NCBI GenBank assembly: GCA_964252075.1
Contig: CAXULY010000002.1
Coordinates: 32,001 to 96,000 of the forward strand
Reading direction: 5' to 3'
Source of the DNA: an uncultured Deinococcaceae bacterium
GTDB lineage: Bacteria; Deinococcota; Deinococci; Deinococcales; Deinococcaceae
Length of the DNA stretch: 64,000 nucleotides
Shown here piece by piece: positions 60,153 through 64,000 of the stretch. The translations under genes were made by a program, and so were the position numbers. The notes under the pieces were generated by a model, which worked only from the letters and a program-made list of their open reading frames with translations, did no database searches and was not told where the DNA came from. The stretch's first letter is position 1. Every line of letters starts with the position of its first letter.

Positions 60153-60797
60153 ATGGCGATTTTTGGACAACTTGAGCACCACTCCCTGACGGACCTGGCC
60201 AAAGTCCTGCGTCACCAGGCCGGCACACTGTTCCTGCACAGCGCCTACGCGGGGCGCAGCGCCGAGCTGCAACTCGATCAGGGCATCCTGCGCGCCGTGT
60301 ACGTGGACGGCTTCCCCGTCCGGGATGGCCAGCAACTGCGGACGACCCTTCAGACCATCGCCCGCACCCGGGCGGGCGCGTACGAATTCCAGCCGCAACC
60401 CAAAGACGGCGTGCGCGGGCCCCTGCACGCCCGCTTTGAGGACCTGCTGATCGCGCTGACCAGCACCAGCACCATCCCGGAAGAGCACCTGCCGCACGAG
60501 GACACGCGCTTCGTGGAGACCCCCTCCACCGCGCCCATCCCGGACGACCTGCGCCCCACCTGGCAGCGCCTGTACCCGTACCTCGTCACGGGCACCAGCG
60601 CCCGCGAACTCGCGCAGCTCCTCCAGCATGACGTTCACGACCTGCGCGCCCTGCTGTACCGCCTGCGCGCCGCGCAACTCATCATGCCGCAGCGCGCCGC
60701 CGCGCCGCCCGCCCCACCAGCGCGGTCCTCGGTGCCCTCCCCCGTCCTGCGGTTTCTCGGCGCCCTGCGGCGCCTCACGGGCGCGGTGACGGCATGA
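60153..60797 (+). CDS. DUF4388-domain protein with C-terminal wHTH-like segment
   Basis: IFGQLEHHSLTDL..GTL, GAYEF; SARELAQLL...LYRLRAAQLI. Confidence 0.8.
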   Translation: MAIFGQLEHHSLTDLAKVLRHQAGTLFLHSAYAGRSAELQLDQGILRAVYVDGFPVRDGQQLRTTLQTIARTRAGAYEFQPQPKDGVRGPLHARFEDLLIALTSTSTIPEEHLPHEDTRFVETPSTAPIPDDLRPTWQRLYPYLVTGTSARELAQLLQHDVHDLRALLYRLRAAQLIMPQRAAAPPAPPARSSVPSPVLRFLGALRRLTGAVTA

Positions 60798-61345
60798 CCG
60801 CCCCCCTGAAACTCGTGGTGAGCGGTCCCGTCGGCGCGGGCAAAACGACCTTCGTGCAGACGCTCTCCGAAACCGCGGTGATCGCGACGGAAGCGGAAGC
60901 CAGCGAGGACATCGGCAAGGCCAACACCACCGTCGCCTTCGACTACGGCACGCTGGTCCTCGACGGGCAGGAACTTCACCTGTACGGCACGCCCGGCCAG
61001 GACCGCTTCAGCTTCATGTGGGAGGTGCTGTGTGAGGGCGCGCTCGGCCTGACGCTGCTCGTGGCCGGCACGCGCCCGCAGGACTTCATGAACGCCCGCA
61101 ACATCCTGGAGTTCATCACGAGCCGCACTCCCATTCCATTCGTGGTGGGCGTCACGCGGCAGGACAGCCATGAGCCCGTCTGGCGCCCAGAGGACGTCGC
61201 GGCGTTCTTCGACCTCCCGGTCGAGCAGGTGATCGGCGTGAACGCCACGGACGTGGACAGCGCCCGCCAGGTGCTGATCCGCCTCATCGAACGCACCCTG
61301 AGTACCCCCACCTCAAGCGCCGCGCATCACGCGCCGCTGTTCTGA
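60794..61345 (+). CDS. MglA/CvnD-like small GTPase
   Basis: GPVGAGKTT, TTVAFDYG, GTPGQDRF, G4 variant TRQD. Confidence 0.9.
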   Translation: MTAPLKLVVSGPVGAGKTTFVQTLSETAVIATEAEASEDIGKANTTVAFDYGTLVLDGQELHLYGTPGQDRFSFMWEVLCEGALGLTLLVAGTRPQDFMNARNILEFITSRTPIPFVVGVTRQDSHEPVWRPEDVAAFFDLPVEQVIGVNATDVDSARQVLIRLIERTLSTPTSSAAHHAPLF

Positions 61346-61360
61346 CCAAGGAGCGCCCAC

Positions 61361-61738
61361 ATGACCGCCACCATGACGAAACAGGAACACCTCGCCATCA
61401 CCATCAGCGCCTTGCGCGGCGCCATCCCCGAACTGCGCGGGGTGCTGGTCGCCACGACGGACGGCCTGCCCATCGCGCAGTCCTTCTCGGACGGCACGGA
61501 CGGCAACCGCGTGGCCGCCATGGCCGCCACCGCCCTCGGGCTTGGCAAGCGCATCAACGAGAGCTTCGGCGCAGGTGACCTGAACGAGATGAGCGTCAGC
61601 GGCGTCTCCGGCGGCGTGTTCTTTTACGCGGCCGGACGCAAAGGGGTGCTGGCGGTCGTCGCGCCGGTTGGCACGAACCTCGGCCTGCTGCACCTAGAGG
61701 CGCGGGACGCGGCGCACGCGATCGCCAGCATCCTCTGA
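61361..61738 (+). CDS. Roadblock/LC7 (MglB/CvnB-like) protein
   Basis: LVATTDGLPIA, RVAAMAA, NLGLL. Confidence 0.9.
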   Translation: MTATMTKQEHLAITISALRGAIPELRGVLVATTDGLPIAQSFSDGTDGNRVAAMAATALGLGKRINESFGAGDLNEMSVSGVSGGVFFYAAGRKGVLAVVAPVGTNLGLLHLEARDAAHAIASIL

Positions 61739-62252
61739 ACCCACTTCTCAAGGCAGCCGCGCCGTGTTCCTCACGCGCGGCTGCCTTTCTGAAATCACAT
61801 TGGGCATCAGCACAGGTCTGTTTGCAAGCTCCATGTGTGGTCGCCTACTCAATGGCTGCGCAGGACAGGCACACCGAGTATTAGCCGACGCGACTCTTTG
61901 AAAGCAAAGGGGCGCCAAGAACCATCCGGCACTATTACGCACTTCGCTTGAGTTCACATCAATATGCCCATCGCTCTATAAACCGTGGATAAACACAGCA
62001 CGCACCACGATATATGGTTATATAGGTTTTAGTACTTTGACTAACAATTTTGTGCGAATACGGATTAGCGCACTGCAAACCTGATCTCAACAGAAATTCC
62101 TTTACCCTATGCGCGTCACTAGAGCACGACACCATCAAATCGTTACCGACTTTGCTCTTGTCCATCCCTGTTGAGCTTGTGACGCGCACGCATTTCGTGG
62201 TATTAACATTTGAATAAATCCGTAAGAGGCCACCGGATACAGTGCGGAGCGT

Positions 62253-64000
62253 ATGCGGCGCATCAACCCACCACTCACTCCTGGGACGGTCGACGCGCCC
62301 CCATTCACCCAGGAGCAGGAGCTGGCGCGGCTGCGGGCGCTGGAGCGTTACGCCATCCTCGACACGCTGCCCGAGGAGGCCTTCGATCGCCTCGCGACGC
62401 TGGCCGCCCGCCTGTTCACCGCCCCCATGGCGTTGATCAGCCTGGTGGATCAGGACCGCCAGTGGTTCAAGGCGTGCATGGGCATGGATCTGCGTGAGAC
62501 CGACCGTTCCCTGAGCTTCTGCGCGCACGCCCTGCACAGCCCGGAGGTGCTCGTCATTCCGGACGCCCTGCAGGACCCGCGCTTCGCGCAGAACGCGCTG
62601 GTGACCGGACACCCGAACATCCGCTTCTACGCAGGCGCCCCCCTGCGCACCCCTGACGGCTTCACGCTCGGCACGCTGTGCGTCCTGAGTGACGTGCCGC
62701 GCGAGGGCATCAGCGACCTGGAGCGGTGCACCCTGCAGGACCTCGCGGCGATGGTGATGGATGAACTTGAGCTGCGCGTGGCGAAAGCGCACCTGGCGCA
62801 GCAGGCGCGGGCCGACGAGACCCTCGTCCGCATGCTGCAGGACGCGAACCGCGTGAGTGACGTGCTGCTCGGCATTCACAGCACCATGAACCTGGAGCTC
62901 AACCCGGTGGACATCATGCGGCACGCCGTGACGCTGCTCGCGCAGGCGGCGGACGCGGACTGGTGCGGCCTCCTTGAGGTGCGGGGCGATGAGGCGCGCC
63001 CCGTCAGCGTGTGGCTCCGACCGACCCTGAATGTTGAGGTCGCGGGCCACCCCCCTTCGTTGCGGCGCGACGGCGGGTTGCTGTGGCGCGCCTTGGACCG
63101 CCAGCGCCCGCTGTTCCTGGAGGACGGGGTGGGGGCGCCGGGCGCCCTGCCACAGTTGCACCGGCTGGGCCTGCGCAGCGGCGCGTGCCTTCCCCTGGGC
63201 GCGTTTGACGGGGCGCAGTACGTCCTGGCCGTCGCGCGAACGCACTCGGGCACGTGGCGGGAACGCGACCGCGCCCTGCTGGAGACCGGCGCGGGCAGCG
63301 TGGAGCTGGCCCTGAGCCGCCGTGAGCTGGTGCGACGGCGCGAGGTGGAGGCACTCACCGACGCCCTCACGGGCCTCGGGAACCGGCGCGCGCTGGACCT
63401 CGCGCTGGCGGACGACCAGCAGTGCGCGGTGCTGGTGGCGGTGAACCTCGCGGGTTTCGGGGAGATCAACCACAGCCTCGGGCACACCCACGGGGACACG
63501 CTGCTGCGGCTCTTCTCCAGCGTCCTGCTGGCGGGCCTCCCGGTGGGCGCGCGCGCGTTCCGCTGTGGTGGCGTGGGCTTCGTGCTGCTACACACGGGCG
63601 CGGCGAGCCCCGCCGCGCTCCTCGCGCTGGTGGAGGGCGCGCTCGCGGCGGTGCGTGCGGTGGAGCGGCACGACCTGAACGTGGCGGTCGGGTGCGCGTC
63701 CTTCCCGGCAGAGGCGAACAGCGTGGCGGACGCGTGGCGCCTCGCGGACGCCCGGATGTCCACGCATCAGCGCCCGCACCATCCTGCGCGGCCCGCACCC
63801 GCGCCGCGACCCTACGGGCGGCCCACCCTGGAGCGCCAGGGCAAGGCGGTGTCCTTCGAGGACCTCACGGTGAGTGTCTCGCGCGGCCTGATGCAGGTTG
63901 GTGAGGGCGTCGGGCGGTTGAAGCCGACGGAGGTGGCGCTGCTGGCGGCGCTCGCGGCGCAGCCGGAACAGCCACGGTCGCGCGTGGAGTTGTCCCAGCT
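62253..64000 (+). CDS. GAF-GAF-degenerate GGDEF-OmpR-type wHTH protein (3' truncated by window)
   Basis: Open frame absent from the ORF track: RLRALERYAILDTLPEEAFDR, IRFYAGAPL, DALTGLGNRR, FRCGGVGF, LKPTEVALLAALA. Confidence 0.8.
   Translation, partial: MRRINPPLTPGTVDAPPFTQEQELARLRALERYAILDTLPEEAFDRLATLAARLFTAPMALISLVDQDRQWFKACMGMDLRETDRSLSFCAHALHSPEVLVIPDALQDPRFAQNALVTGHPNIRFYAGAPLRTPDGFTLGTLCVLSDVPREGISDLERCTLQDLAAMVMDELELRVAKAHLAQQARADETLVRMLQDANRVSDVLLGIHSTMNLELNPVDIMRHAVTLLAQAADADWCGLLEVRGDEARPVSVWLRPTLNVEVAGHPPSLRRDGGLLWRALDRQRPLFLEDGVGAPGALPQLHRLGLRSGACLPLGAFDGAQYVLAVARTHSGTWRERDRALLETGAGSVELALSRRELVRRREVEALTDALTGLGNRRALDLALADDQQCAVLVAVNLAGFGEINHSLGHTHGDTLLRLFSSVLLAGLPVGARAFRCGGVGFVLLHTGAASPAALLALVEGALAAVRAVERHDLNVAVGCASFPAEANSVADAWRLADARMSTHQRPHHPARPAPAPRPYGRPTLERQGKAVSFEDLTVSVSRGLMQVGEGVGRLKPTEVALLAALAAQPEQPRSRVELSQ

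Overview
High-GC bacterial DNA. DUF11 and NPCBM lipoproteins, a TolC-like pair, many apparently leaderless genes and a DUF4388/GTPase/roadblock triad suggest Deinococcus (inference), probably an accessory region or secondary replicon. I annotate about 60 CDS and two clear pseudogenes, and saw no rRNA, tRNA or CRISPR array. Main points: (1) an antitoxin-PIN toxin-tyrosine recombinase operon flanked by two arm/6-bp-spacer/arm sites, with the toxin's first catalytic Asp changed to His; (2) a secreted GH5-fold protein lacking its nucleophile, translationally coupled to a two-component system; (3) a stand-alone A-PCP-TE NRPS with its own PPTase; (4) an efflux operon with two TolC-like genes, a DHA2 pump and a fused double adaptor, whose promoter shares an operator-like motif with a TetA-like pump gene 33 kb away; (5) a family-B DNA polymerase followed by a NUDIX gene; (6) a tandem RNase H-fold protein; (7) a conservon-like GTPase triad beside a GAF-GAF-degenerate GGDEF-wHTH protein cut by the window end. 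All calls come from motif recognition by eye; no searches were run.
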